Origin: Podarcis melisellensis
Lineage: Eukaryota
Length of the DNA stretch: 64,000 nt
NCBI GenBank assembly: GCA_964234715.1
Contig: OZ174277.1
Reading direction: 5' to 3' (one strand)
The notes below the pieces were generated by a model, which did not search any database, was not told the origin of the DNA, and saw only the letters and a list, made by a program, of their open reading frames with translations. Made by a program: the position numbers and the translations under genes. Below, one piece after another: positions 12,701 to 27,700 of the stretch (the first letter of the stretch is position 1; every line of letters starts with the position of its first letter).

Positions 12701-15700
12701 ATACAAACTATCAATCAGTAGCCATGCCTTTTATTTTCTCAGGAATGGTAGCAGTCAACAATCAAGCCTATGTTCAGAAATAAGGCAATTTATTGCTTTC
12801 TGCCTTAAGTTTACACCATCTACCTCACAACAGCTTCAAGGCCTTTATTACTTGTTAGACTCTCAAAAGGTAGGAACAAATTTTAAGTTCAGAAAACTCC
12901 CCTTCCCTTTTCATTTTTCTTTTCTTTATTCACATGGCACTGTATTCTCCAATCCAGGACAGAGACCCGCAACATACAAAACAAGAGAAAATGTAATATG
13001 ATATCAAAAGAGGCTGCATTATAGTGCTCTGCACATTCTCATTATCAGTGTCATACACCTGGGTACTTTTTATCTCTATTATTATTACTATCATCAGGGA
13101 CAGGGGGCAGTTTGAATCCCTGTGACGGAGTGAGCTCCTGTTGCTTGGTCCCTGCTCCTGCCAACCTAGCAGTTCGAAAGCACGTCAAAGTGCAAGTAGA
13201 TAAATAGGTACTGCTCCAGAGGGAAGGTAAACGGCGTTTCCATGCGCTGCTCTGGGTTGCCAGAAGCGGCTTAGTCATGCTGGCCACATGACCCGGAAGC
13301 TGTACGCCGACTCCCTCGGCCAATAAAGCGAGATGAGCACCGCAAACCCAGAGTCAGCCATGACTGGACCTAACAATCAGGGGTCCTTTTAACTTTATTA
13401 TTATCATCATTATTTTATTTTTTGTCATTCATATTTTGAGTAATTTATGTAAAGAATTAAAAAATCAAATCAACATAAATTTAACTGTTACTTAATAAAA
13501 GGAGCAGCTACATTGGGGGGGTGGCAGGAAATGACAGACTAACTTCCTGGCATTTAAACAGAAGTCCTTGATTGACTTCCCATATTTATTTTTGGATAAA
13601 CTGTGTGTTTAGCAAGAACTAAACAACGGGAAAATTGAAAGTAGGTAAGATGCCTCTAAAAAGCATCCGCTGTGGATTAAGGAGCCAACATTTCTCCTCT
13701 CTTGCCCCCCTTACTTTGTCTCCTTAACCTTGCTACCTGGTGAGCATCTCTGGTTTCAGTTGTCCAATGTCCTGGAAACAATCTTCAGGAATCAGCTAGC
13801 ATCTTGTGGTTGCTTGCAAAGTTTTAGGAGTGGGAAAGTTCTTTCCTTCTGCTTGATTCATTGTTAAACTCTTTGTACTGCTATAAGTTCTTATGGTACT
13901 CTTTCTCCCTTTCCCCCCATGCTATTTGCTTGCTCCTATGTAGGCTGCATCACTTTTGGTGTACTATTCCCAGTGCATCTGGCTCAGTTTCCTCTATTCT
14001 CTCCCATTTATTGCTTGTCCGGAGAATGCTGCAGTAGGTCCTTAGCTATAACTAGTTGAACAATGTGGTTGGTGGTGGTGTTTTCTGTCTTAAGTTCTCT
14101 CTTAGGACCAAGGGAGAACCTTACTTTCAAATCTGATTCAGGAAATGCTTCCTGTCCTTAATAATAAAGCTAAGGAAAATTCTAGCTGATGTGGTTGGTC
14201 CCTGAAAAGTAACACTAAAAAAGCGTTTTTGTCCTACGCTTTTAGGTCTCTGCAGAAGAAATTTCTCTCGTGTGGTCAGAACTGGTGAATGCTGCTTTAG
14301 TAGCGTTTTGGAGCAGTGTCGTTACTACAAATCCAGAGCGCTGGTTGACCTGGCAGCCGCTGTCTGCCGAAGAGAAGAAGATGCCAAAATCTCTCATGGA
14401 CTGTTCTGTTCAGGTTTGTGTGAGGAAACTTTCATTTTTTAAAGGATTAGGGTGAGACTCTACTGTCAGGGCAGGAACTTATTATACGATAAACTATTTT
14501 ACGGAATAGTGTAAGACCTTCAACAAAACGATGTACTGCCAAGTGCTCCTGTTCACAAAGCCATGCTTTCTTTTAGGTTACTCCATTCCATCACCTCATT
14601 TAATTTTTTCCTCTCCTAATTGTGATTCTTCTCTGTCCACTGAGCATGCTCAGTCTTCACTCAGTTTTCCCAGTTACAATTTTTTCTGGAGATCTTTTTT
14701 TTGGGGGGGTGGAGTGTACTTCTGCAGATATCAAGTTTCCTACAAACTTTCTTATAGTTCCTTCTTGTGAATGAATGGTGCCATTTTGATGTCACACAGA
14801 GAATGGGTTCACTATTCATTCAGAGGATTGAAAGTATTCACTACCATTGCTTGGAGTGTGAATTAGCTACTAGAACTGATCCCAAGGAAGGCTCTGCTAT
14901 TTATAGCTTATGCAGGTTTAAAATACAGCATTAATATGAAATAAAGCGTTAATGCTCCTAAAGTGCTTTTGAGCTGCCTGTTAAGCAGCAGATGTTTGTG
15001 ACAAGCTGCAGTCTGGATAATTCTTCAGATGCTAAATTCAGGGGAACTTAGATTTGCTTTTTAAACAAAACTTGAAAAGGAGCCTGACAACTTGAACAAA
15101 AAACTAAACCCATTTTCTATGCCCTGTCCAAAAATCCAGCTGGACTTTTCATATTTGAACAACTTGTGCAAAATTAGCAAAGTTCCTGTCAGTATGTTCA
15201 CTTTTGTTTGCATTTTTCTGTAGTGGTCAATGAAAATCATTGACTAGAGACAGTGCAGGAGATAAAGGAACACAGTTGAGATGAGGCTACATTCACCCCT
15301 CCCTATCAAATATTTTGATTATCAGAATGCCGGGGGTGGGGTGACAGGTTTTTCTCCCACTGTAGAGGACAGATAGACAAATAGCACAACCCTGCATTAG
15401 AAGTTGGGGAATTGTCTTTTAAATAAACTTTATTAGGAAATATATTTAGCAAAATTACAAATTTTGGGATTATCTTATTGCTGAAGGTAGGGATTAGTTT
15501 AGTGCTTATGCACGGTATTTTAAATACGGGTGGGATGGAAATCCTGTTTGGAAATCCTGTTTTGCATCCACCTAACCTGGTGCACTACGTAAATTTCAGT
15601 GACTTTCAGTGGGTTCCAATGTTTCAATGATGATGATGTTGTTTTTTGGTAACATGTTCCCCCAAATGTTCTGACATTTCCAAGTCTGTGACCTGCCCAT

Positions 15701-18700
15701 TTTAAAAATAAAATAAAATGTGGAAACCTTTATCAATGCTATAAACATATGTTTTGATCTTTATTAATTTAGGGTGTGGGTATTTTGAGTCGAGCAGTTT
15801 TCTCCAAGTGCCTCTCTGAAATTCTAACTAGCAGCAGCAAGTGGAGCCAGTGGGATGTGACCGGCCTCCCTGTCCTGTCCGCCTCCAACGTCACACTGGG
15901 AGAGCGGCTGGAGAGAGCACAGCAGCTTCAGGAAGTCAGCACAGTTCTGTGGACCAACTTGCCCTTTTCTTCCATGGCTGAATTTAGGTATTGTATTAAG
16001 AAACAAAGCCGGAGGGGGGGGGGTCAGGAGAGATAGATGCTTTGTACCCTTAGTTAACAGCTGGTCTTAAAAGAGAAGCACACCTGAGGATGGGGTGGGT
16101 GGATGGTTGGCTGGACTCCCCACCCTACTGTAGAGATAGTTCTCTTGTCTCTATGTTGGCAGCAGAGGCCTAGAGGATACCTATCCAGTAGCCTGATTAG
16201 GCTCTAGGGACTTTCCAGTTGCAGATCTCTTCTTCATCCTTATTTGGAACATCTCTTTCTTCTTTCAGGTTTACAGATTCCAGGTTCCAAGGTGTCATGT
16301 TGCATAGGCAACTCGTAGTTCTTAAAGGCCTGGTTCCGGCAGAACAGCAGGAGGAATATCTCCGGAACTGCAATAAGGTTTCCTCCAAGAGCCCAGCGGC
16401 GTTTCAGTACATTTGCAAAGTGCTCAGGGATGCTGCTGCCCGGGAAATATTGCCTGAGCAGATCGTCTGCATCTGGCTGACTTGCTTGCAGCAGTTCTTT
16501 GGGCACGAAGGAGGACTGCAGAACTTGCCCGAAACGGCTCGGCGAGGCAGTCTCTGGGTCAACCTAGGTCTCCTGCAGATCCAGCTGTGGCTTCCACAGA
16601 CCCAGTATGATCCAGCGGTGAAAAGGGAATACAAGCTCAAGTACGCAGAGGAAGAGGTGAGGGCTTGGGTTCCCTTGCCTTGTGGCTAATGGGATTTTTA
16701 GGCTACACCGACATTTCAAATCTTCAGACGACTGCTAAACTATACCAAGCCACATGAACAAATGTAGTAAGATTGCATTGGAAATTTGCTGTCATATGAG
16801 ACAAAACAACCCAGTATTCAGATAACATGGTGCATAACTACAAGTACTAGGGCGGGTGCAAGATCTTATTTATTTTTCCAAACAGAAAATGAGTCTCTGC
16901 ATAGTCATGTAAAACCCTACAAGATGAATAAAGATTTACACAGATATGCAGATTGAGCACAGGTGAGGAATCTGTGCCCTTCTGTGTATTGCTAGAGATC
17001 AGCTCCCTAGACAGTGATGGTCACTAGTCATGCATGGGTATTCAGAGGTAATTGGGGTAGTGGTGGTGTATCCAACAAAATCATCCCATTTGTGCGAGGA
17101 CTTCCCCTCCCTCTACCTATACCCCTTCTCAATCTGCTCCAGAGGGCTTTGGGAATGCCAAGAACAGTTTTGGGTGTGTGGGGAGGGGGCCAAATTCATT
17201 TATGCAAGCATAAGTCCTTGCCCAAACATGACAACGTTGGAGACAGCCCACTGTTTCTAGACTTTGAGGTTCCATTTACCTGTCATGACGTAACAGCCTT
17301 GCTGTAGACTTACAACATACAGAAGGATCTGTAAATTCTCAGTACACAAGAATAGCTCCTCCTCCACCCAATTGGAGTGGTGGCAGAGTTTTATCTTGAA
17401 TGAAACATGCATGGTTTTTTGTTTTTTGACACCTTCAGCTGCACCATCTAGAATGTGAATGGAAGACACACAATCTATCAACTCAGTTACGCACAGGGAA
17501 AGATCTGGAAGATGAAGCCATCAGCCATCACAGTCACCCTCACATTAGGTAACTTCAAGATTCCCTGTGGCTTTGGAATGTTGTAATGTTTACCTCCTGT
17601 TCCCAAATTTGAAAGGGCAATTGTAAATGGTCACAATAGTCCAGTGGGCTGTGGGTTGAAATCCCTGCTTGTAACAGAGCCTTGGGTAGTTGCACTTAAG
17701 TACAATATTCTTGTTTTCTTGACTCTCAGTTTGCCGTTTGGGTGATAAATGATTTGAGGCAGGGGTGGGTGGATTGCAAGAACAGGTGTGTGGCTCTTGC
17801 CATTTGGTCCCCATCCATCTGGACACAATTTAAAAAGCTCGCTTTCGTCCAGTGTACCTAGACCTATACAGAGTTGCCTGAGTTCCTTGTGGCAAAGAAA
17901 AGTGAAGCTATATAAATAGTCAGGGTGGCACTTAGATTTCATCATGGCAGCAAAATAATTTGTTCTGCTCTTGAAGGCGGCTTTCATCTAATAATCGTTG
18001 GGTGACCCTGACCTTTGACCTTTTGCAACTTATCCTCTCTCAGGATGTTATGCCAAAGAATCCAGAAGCTGAAGGACCAGATTGCCAGCCTCAGCCAAAA
18101 GCAAGCCTATAGACCACAGGCTCCTTCGTATGAGTCATTGTACAAGGAAGTTCATCAGTACGTCAGCAGCATTGCCCAGACTTCAAAAGTCCAGGATCTC
18201 GTGACCCGCCTGCTGCAGTTACTCCATTTGGATAAGTCTCAGTCTCTCCAGATGGTGCAAAACGTCCTCAGTGAAGAGGCAGCCTGGCAGCAGTCGCACC
18301 ATCAGTTCAGGAAACGGTTGGCAGAGGACTATGCCGCCTTCCCTGATGCAATCGTCCCACTGCAAGCTGCCATTTTGCAGATGCAGCATGGCCTAAGGCT
18401 TGTGGCTTCTGAAGTCCATAGGACGATGTTCAGCAGTTTTGTCTGCCCAGCCAAGCTTGGCACTCTGGTTGCCTCTCTGCTGTTGTTTCCTTCCGTCAGC
18501 GCCACTTTCCCCTGTTACCTTTCCCACGCGGATGCCTTGTGCTCTGTGAACGCTCTGGACGTCCTTCATGGCCTTAAGAGGCTGTCTCTGAAATACTCCT
18601 CTGAGGATGCTGATGGGGAGCAGAGGGTATGCCTCACCCAGGAGCAGCTGCTGGTGAATGCTTTGTTGTTTCTCCATTGCCACGTGCTGTCCAAGGGAGA

Positions 18701-21700
18701 ACTGGACCACAAATCTCTGCAGCTATTTAGGCATTTGTGCCAGGTATGGTGGTGCTATTTAAGCAGCTACATTTTTTGAGCCTCTACCTTCATTCTCTCC
18801 TTATTGCTCTGGCCAGGAGGGGACATCTTTGGAAACTTAACTTAAAATGTTACGTAGATGCATTTGGCAAGTGAAAGCAGGCCACTCTAGGAACTGTTGC
18901 TCTATTTTTTTAATTTGCGTCAGCCCAGAAATACCTCCCACAAGTAGAAATATGCTTCTGCTTGTGCAAGGCAGCTCCAGAGTTCTCCTGGTTTCCCTGT
19001 CCTGCTGCAACCGTGGTTCCTCACAATGCCATTCCAGAAGGTCCTTTGATCCTCACAAGCAGCTATTCTGAGAGCCACAAGGAGGGAAAGAGCCAAGAAA
19101 AAACCCCATTGTGTGCGTGGATTTTTGCTTTGTTTATCTCTGATAAAATGCAGCAGGTTGGATCTCAGTTGTTTATAGACTGCTTTTCTGGTTGCACAAA
19201 GCGTTTCAAAACCGATAAAAATAAATAAATCAAGAAAACCCGGCAATAAGACTAAATGGCGGCAAAAACTTCTTCCAAAAACTATCTGTGAAAAATAAAT
19301 CTTGACACCCTTGGGAGAGAGAAAGGTGACTGGCTTAATGCTCACTGGAAAGAGGGGTCACAGCTTTAGAGCAACCAGTATAAAAGCAAGCCTACAGGCT
19401 CCAGCTCTGGGCTTTTTTTCTTGCCACAAAAACAGAGTAGAAAACAAAGCCTGTTTGACTAGGCTTCAACATACAAGTGGCCTCATGCCACCATATGTTT
19501 ACTGTGTGACACATGTGGATTTTATATGCACAAGTCTCTTATGGGTTTCTCAAGATGAGTGGGCTATTGTTTGTTTGCATTCTATTTCTTAGGTAATTAT
19601 AAATGAATGGGATGAACAAGAGCGCCAGGCCCAGGAAGAGGAGGAACAGAAGAACAGTCTTTACAGATACAGAACCAAGAGCCATGGGAGTGGCCTCAGT
19701 GAAGAGGAGGAGGAAGAGAGAGAGTTCAGGAGGAAATTTCCTCTGCATGAGAAGGTAAACAACTTCTGCTTTAATCAGAAATTGCGTACGGAACTTTATT
19801 CTGTTTGTGGTTGTGCAGGAGTTTACATACTCAGAAAGAAATACTGAAGTATCAATAGTGTGGCAGCTGGGAATTGGATGAAATGGGATAGGGGCAGAAC
19901 CTGAAAATGTTTTTAATTTCACTGGAAGTCAGTATGTCCAGTAGCCTAACTTCCATTTCCATTTCCAGTTCACATTTCCGCTTTGTGTTCAATGAGCCAT
20001 TGTGACGTTATTTGTTCTTGCTGGGAGAATACACAGTGTAAAGACTGAAAAAGCTCTCTGCACATCCGAGGAAAGTGTTTATAGAGCTTTGAATGGTAAA
20101 TGGGGGGGGGGGGACTGTGTTATGAAACAGAGCAGGGGAAATAAGCCTTCAGTTACCAAATTGAGTCCTTCTTGCTTTTGGTTGTAGTGCTGTTGCTTGT
20201 GTTTTCTTTTTTTGAAAACAGTAAAAATATTAGTGTAGGAGTCAGATAGAGGCTTGGAAAGAGGAATAAAATATATTATGTTGCAAATAATTATAAAATA
20301 TACAAGCTTTCTTTTTACTAACACCATAAAGAAGATTCCTAATAGAATACAGAGCAGATAATACAGCTGCAGTGCTATGGTAAAACGTACAGTATAGTTC
20401 CTCTATTGCCACAGAGAGGTGGCCTCTTTTTTGCTTCCTACCTGGATGTGTGTGGGGAGCCCAGTTGTGTTCCTGCAACTTCTCAGATGAAACAGGATCT
20501 TTAGTAAAGCCTGGCTCGCTAGACGACCTGAGGGTGCATACAACTGGTTCCCCATGTTCAGAAGAGCTGCATAGTAAGCAGTCATGCGGTTCTTACCAGC
20601 CTGCCTTGTTCCATGCAGGTGTGTTCTTTGAAATTGGTGAGCTTTGCTGGTGATCTTAAAATACAGTGCTGCAAGTTGTCACCAAATACACCTTTCAATA
20701 CCATTTGCAGGATTTTGAAGATATTACAGCAGAGGCGAGCCTTGAGGGGAAAATGGAAATGAATGACGGTTTAGAAAAGGAAGCAGTTTGTGAAAAAGCC
20801 CTTCTTTCTCATCACTCAATGAAAACAGTCATGACGATTCATCAGCAGCTGTGCCTTTACTTTGCTCGGTCCTTGTGGTATCAGCAAAGCCTGTCCTCCC
20901 ATCAGGCGAAGCATCATTTGAATACATTCCTTTCCTGTTACCAGACTGGTGCTTCGCTGGTAGCTCACTTCTATCCTTTGATTGGTAAGGATTTTTTGTT
21001 TGTGCTTTCAAGTATGCTGTGCTTCAGTGGCCCCATCCTTTTGAGGGAGCCATAGAATCCCCCCTCCAATATGTTGCACAAGTGTGTGTGGCACCTTCCT
21101 ATCTCTTACATAAGCTAAAGTGCTCCCTGCAGCATACCCAGCGCTGCCCTGCCATCTGAACACGGCAGGGTGAGGCCATTAATAATGGGCAAGCTGTTAA
21201 GGAACCCCAGGTAAGCTTCCATGGAACCATCATTCAAAGACCGCAGCTGTGATTTAAAAATCCTGGGTGTCTACCGCTAATGGTTGTTGAAGTATGTACA
21301 GTTGTACCTTGGTTTTCGAAAAGCCTAGTTCTCAAATGTTTTGGCTCCTGAACGATCAAAACCCAGAAGTTGCACCCAGAAGAAGAGTGTTCCGGTTTTC
21401 GAACATTCTTTCGGAAACTTAACTTCCGACAGGGCTTCTGCGGCTTCCGATTCCACTTCCACTTCACGACTTCTTTGTTGTTTGTATTCAGAAACCCATT
21501 TTCCCACTCACGTTTGATATACTTAGCTTGAGCCTTAAAAGGCCAACGTAGCTTAAATGAGTGGTCTCTCATTTCCCTGCTTAAATAATGAGCATAATTC
21601 AGTTAGAGTTAGTTGTATGTGTAGAATACTACTGAAGGCTATAGGCTATAGGGTAGGTGAGATTTTATTGTGATGCGTAAATGGAATCTCCTACTTTCAA

Positions 21701-24700
21701 ATAGCATGATGAGTTTCCACTGAGGGAAAGTAGTGTGTTTAGTTCTGCTCTTTATTCAAGAATCTAAATGACACTAAAAACATAGTAATAAAGCAAAAGA
21801 AAGCCTTGTATAATTGAACTTGGACAGCCTCTAGGGTGTGGGTGGTCATTTATTGAAACTTTCTGTGTGATCTTGTTGATTTGCTGTGCAGAGGGTATTT
21901 GGTAGAAAGGCATTCTAGGTTATTCTTCCTAGAATTAAACATTCCGGTCTTAAGTGCCTCAGAAGTAGATACTCACGGAGGCTTTGGGAGTGAGCTATCA
22001 CTTTATATAGTGTTGGGCTGTGCAAAACAGTTGCTCTAAGACACAACACATTTGTCTCTGAGCTTATCCTTTACTGTCTTAATCAATGTGCTGTTTTAAA
22101 AGATAAATAAAGCTTTATTGCCTTAATGACTTTGTTTCTCTTCTTGCCTCCTGGACGGCCAAATCATAGGTTCTGAAATGAACGATAATCTCCATGGCAG
22201 CCAACTTCTAGCTAGCACGATACTGCACAATACACTTTTTGAACAGGGGGCTTCAGAACTAGTCCTGCAAAACGAAGGGCCGTATGACTTTTATCACCAT
22301 CCTAATATTCAGCAAGTGCAACAGTGTCAACATGTTCTTGAAAACTTCACAAAAGAGGTGAAAGCACTATTGCAAGAATGGCCGGACCACCCTGCACTTG
22401 TCCAGGTAAGAGTCTAGACTTTCAGGAACTGAAGCAGTAGCTAAAATAACCAGAGTTCAATTTATATTTGCTTTGACCTAGGATTCCTTACATTTTAAGG
22501 CTTTGTATGGGGACGCAGGTGGCGCTGTGGGTTAAAGCCTCAGCGCCTAGGACTTGCCGATCGAAAGGTCGGCGGTTCGAATCCCTGCGGCGGGGTGCGC
22601 TCCCGCTGCTCGGTCCCAGCGCCTGCCAACCTAGCAGTTCGAAAGCACCTCCGGGTGCAAGTAGATAAATAGGGACCGCTTACCAGCGGGAAGGTAAACG
22701 GCGTTTCCGTGTGCGGCTCTGGCTCTCCAGAGCAGCGATGTCACACTGGCCATGTGACCCGGAAGTGTCTCCGGACAGCGCTGGCCCCTGGCCTCTTAAG
22801 TGAGATGGGCGCACAACCCCAGAGTCTGGCAAGACTGGCCCATACGGGCAGGGGTACCTTTACCTTTACCTTTATGGATAGCACCTTCCACAGAGACAAG
22901 CATACTGCTAATCCCCTAAATTTGTTAGTATGTTCAGCTATATGTGACAGATGAACGTTATATCTGCTATTAGCAGAAGAGATGAGATCTTGCAATGCAA
23001 TATGAAATTAAAAGTTCTGTTCCTTTGTGTTGTTGATTACTTTTAAGCTTTAGAAGGCGACTGCCAGAAGCACTGATTGTCTTTCATTTTGCAGCTTTTG
23101 GTTGTACTGGACAGAATCCGTAGTTTCCCGCTCTCCAGTCCCCTTTCGAAGTTCCTGAATGGCTTGGAAATTCTGCTGGCCAAGTCCCAGGTAAGAAATC
23201 AGGGGGCAAGTGGTTGTTTGTGTGTAGCCAGAAAGGTGAGAAGAAGTTAAGAAACTTCTGTAATACACCTGATTTTTAGTAGTATAGGAAACACCAAATT
23301 TACTAATAAAGGAAACTTATTTGTTGAATGAAAGTGATTGCATTTTTAAATTTAAAGGTGTAGATAGTGGACAAGCAAATCAACTTTTTTTATCAACGTT
23401 GAAATGTATAATTTCAGTTTTTGTCTGAAAGGCATCTTTTCCTTTTCTAGGATTGGGAGGAGAATGCTAGTCGAGCTGTCTCTCTTAGGAAACATCTGGA
23501 TTTGGTCATTCAGCTGATCATCCAGTGGCGTAAACTGGAACTGAAGTACGTACTGTCAGTTCCCTTTGTGCTGAGTATTTTCAAGTGTAAATGACCGGGG
23601 TGGGGGGGACAAGCCAGATCAGGGGTTTGCTCACAGCATCTGGAGCAAGCTCAGAAATTGAAGGGAGAGATGTGGAGTTTCATTCGTCTACACAGCTTCT
23701 TGCTACATTCCAGCATGTCTTCTATTTCCTACCTTCTAGATCCCTGTGGGTTTGGTTTTTTTGTATTTTTCTTCAGTCCTTAGCCAAAGAAGAATCCCTG
23801 TTCTTTCAAATATAGATAACCTAGCAGCTTATGCAAAATAAATGTGCTACATTCACTTCCTTGCATATCTGATTATTTACTAATGCAGATGTTTTTAAGT
23901 ATTCATATTTCAGAACTGATGTTAGTGCAGAGCAAAAATAACAGCCTTACCTGTACTGTAAAAATAGTTGTCGTAAAAATTGGGCTGCTTTCTAAGAAAC
24001 GTGTACCCATTGATCTAAAAGCAAGCCTGGGTGGGTGGTGATAGGGCTCCTAGATTTAATGTTCATTAATAGGTCTTTTTTTCCCCACTTGCATTGACAG
24101 CTGTTGGTCTGTTAGTCTGGACAACACAAGGAAACACCACACAGAAAAGTCAATGAAACACTGGTTTTCAATCTATCAGATGATTGAGAAATATAGGCAA
24201 GAACAGACACAGAAGAAAACTGAAGGTAACTATTGATAAAAGAGTGGTAAAAGAAATGCATGCTGTTACTAGAAGTGCATACACTCAAGGATACACATTT
24301 CTATAAACTGATAAAAATACAAATGGTATATGATCTATATCTGCATTCGCAATTCTCTATTACATGTCCAATAGCCAAGTTTAAAGCTTCTTTCAATATG
24401 TAGCATATTGGAGAAATCAAGTATTCTTCCATCTTGATTCTCAAGCCACTTAACAGGCAAATCTTGTAACTGCCTATATTATTGAAATGTTGAGCAGTCC
24501 AACTGTGTGTTGCTGTTCACAAGAGCTGTGAAAAACCACATTAGCCCACAATGCTGCTGACTTCAGAAACCATGGTTCTGTAAACAGGGCACACAAATCT
24601 TGGCTTGTTTTAAACCAGATTAACGTCCCAAGTGGGCAACTCTAGCTGAAAACAACCCAGTATAGACCAAGCACCTGTTATCAGTGCCAAAAAAAAATCT

Positions 24701-27700
24701 TTTATGAAGTAGGCAAGATCACATCTGAGCAGGACGTACGCCTTTATTGTCTGTCTGGTGGACTCTATAAAACCTTTTCCTTTAATGTGAAGTGAACTGT
24801 TAGTAAAGATACTATTGCATTAGATGAATAGTATGATGCCATCTTGTCCTCCCCCCCCCCCTTTCTTCCCTACAATCCCAACTTCATGAAATGGATAGAT
24901 GTGAATTTAAAAGCACTGCTCGGCACACTGCAGGCTTTCATAGAAGGGTCAACATTGGGGGAGTTTGACACACGGCTTCAGATGCTGCTGGAATTCCACT
25001 GCCACGTCTTGCTGATGCCACAGGTGGAAGGAAATGGTAGGTGAAATGGGCCAAAGCCAGACGCCAGACTTGTGGGGTGTACTTTAGCTCCACCAGGTAG
25101 CGCTGGGTGGTGAATGCATGCACACACAGAATTAAAGAGAGCAGGGTGGCTCTGAGCATGTGCTCAGCTTTCCTTGATCTCAGCTGCCTGCTTTGGGAGC
25201 AGGAGAGCTTGCTGTTGTTGCTGTTGTTAAACAGTTTGCCAAGGGTTTTTGTCTCAAGCCAGTCTACTGTGGATCAGCTGGAGATCTACCAGCAGATCCA
25301 GATCTGCCTTCTGCCTACCTTTCTTTTCTTTATTGCACGCAGTTGAATTATTATTCCTAACATTTAATAGAGCTCAGCTAAATTTTCCAGTTATTATTAT
25401 TTTACATCGAAAGTTTTCTCCGAAAGATACTGGCAAAATTACAGTGTGGTGTATTCAACCCAATTCTCCCCTGTAGCTTGCCAAAAGACAAAGTAGATTA
25501 TTCTATGCAAAGCACTGAATGGAAGATTAAAAGTTTTTCCACACCTCTTTGCTTGTCTTCCCCTTGCAAAATTGCCTGAAGGAATCTCTTGATTGGAATG
25601 GGGCGTTGAACATATTTTCATTATTAATTTATTAATTTTTTACCCTGACCTTCCTCCTAAAGGAACCTAGGGAAGCAAACAACAAGGCAGCAATACAGTA
25701 GAATTAAAAAAATAAACAACTTCTTGAAACTTTTACAGATTTAATAAAAGAGAGATGCTGTTTCAGTCAGAACTACCATGTCCTTGAAGATCCCTAAATC
25801 CTCAGGTGCGGACGAAGATGCATTTTTGTATGAAACCCATTCTCTCTTTTTCAGACATGCTGTGCAATGTATTATGGAATCTCTACAATTATTATAAGCA
25901 GTTTTCAGAATGTGTCCAAACCAGGCTGACTGAACTTCGGCATCCGATAGAAAAAGAATTGAAGGTGAGAACAAGATTTCTTGGTGTAATAGTATTCTCT
26001 GGTTGTTGGAAGTAAAGCTAGTTCAAATAAATAGCTAGGTCCTACCCTGCTTTTTAAGTACATCTCTTCAAACCAGAAGCACATGTCCTCTCAGCAATTC
26101 TTCATTCTGTTTAAAATAAACATCATAGTTTATTGAATTGAATATTTTTCAGGAATTTGTAAAAATCTCTAAGTGGAATGATGTCAGCTTTTGGGCTATA
26201 AAACAGTCTGTGGAGAAGACACATAGGTAAGTATGAAATTTTGATGAGATATTGGGCATTTGGGCATCAGGAGGATTATATCAGTTATCGGCCCAGAGAC
26301 GGGGGGCTTGAAACATGTCCTCTGGGGACTGCTCTCCTCTTTCCTCTCCTCTTACTTTTTTCCTTAAACCCCACGCTGAGAATGGTTAAGGGGAGGGTAA
26401 ATGCAAATAAGTCAGTAGTGGGAGAACGAAATTATACACCTGAGTCATTGTCCCAAGATTCTGTCCACTATGAGATTGCAGAGCCAGTCATTGACAGTAT
26501 GAATCTTAGCTACCAATATAGAGTTAAATTTTGCTTGGGTTAAAGTATCTGTCTGACTGGCCTGCATGTGTCAAATATCTTCTTTTGACACTCACATAGC
26601 ATAGTGGTGACTGAGGATATACTGCTTTGCCATAACTGCATTGAATACCTTAATATGCATACACTCAAAGTGGATTTTTAACTTTTTAAATCCCCTTTAA
26701 CCATGTTGCCGTGGAGCTTGAGCTCTCACCCATATTGATGGTCCTTGTTTTCATCCCTGTCTTTTCCTGGGTTTTAGGACACTTTTCAAGTTTATGAAGA
26801 AATTTGAAGCTGCTCTCAATGAACCCTGCCGTTCTGCCTTGGTGGAAACAGCAAAAGAAGAGCAACTTGCTTCTTTGCAGGAAGCAGAGACATTGGGCAA
26901 CCAAGAAACTAAAATTCAGAGCCTGAACAACATATTAAGAAAAAAACTGACTGCTAGGTCCCATTCTGCTCAGGTACCTGGAGTTCTCATTTGCGTTCAG
27001 ATGGAATGGTAGACATTCTTAACCTGAGTGCTGGATTCCCTTTCTGCGTATTGGAACACTCTTAGTTGTAACCGTGATATGACAAAATGTTTGAAATGAT
27101 AACAGCGAAACAGGAACGTAAACTTTGTTCTCAGTGCCGTCCTAGTGTTTCATTGAGAGGTGACCAAATGTGTGTTTTTCCCTGATGGACACAGTAGCCA
27201 ATCCCAGAGGGGTTACATCACACCCTACTAGGCTAGACAGGAAAACTCTTTTGCAAATCGGTAGGCTGTATCCTCCCCTAACTTTTTCAAGTTTATTTTG
27301 CTTACCGAGACTAGCAGAAGTCCTTTCTCCTCCATCCTGTGCTTTGACTTTCCCCCTACCTCCGAGCTTGCACTTCTTTTTTTCTCCCTCTCTTCAGGGC
27401 AGCCCAAGATTACAAAATAGAGGCAGCCTTCTTGCAGAGGGTTCTGCAGACTGCTTTCTTTTCTGGTCATTGGGTACTTCCTGAGAAGGATCTTTTTCTG
27501 ATGAGTGAGAGGACCACGCCCTGCATGCATTCTTAGGCTGCTGATGGCTGCATTGCCTCTCTTCCTTATTCATCTGTCTGTTATCTGCATAACTGGAAAG
27601 GTGACAAAAGTCCTGGTTGCTATTTTTTTATTTTTTTTATACTTATCAGTTAGGACTCCAAGGCTTCCAGGGACATCCTTTCAAGCTTCTCTGTGAAATG

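Noticed and set aside
13051-13323. Near-identical minus-strand ORFs here and at 48707-48895 (AEGxGVQLPGHVASMTKP...)
   Set aside because: Translation of the antisense strand of Sauria SINE copies; the similarity reflects the repeat, not a protein family.
15620-15680. Possible C/D box snoRNA (ATGATGA..CTGA) about 100 nt upstream of an acceptor
   Set aside because: Under 50 nt between the boxes, the C box is part of a (TGA)n run, and there is no adjacent terminal stem or recognisable rRNA guide.
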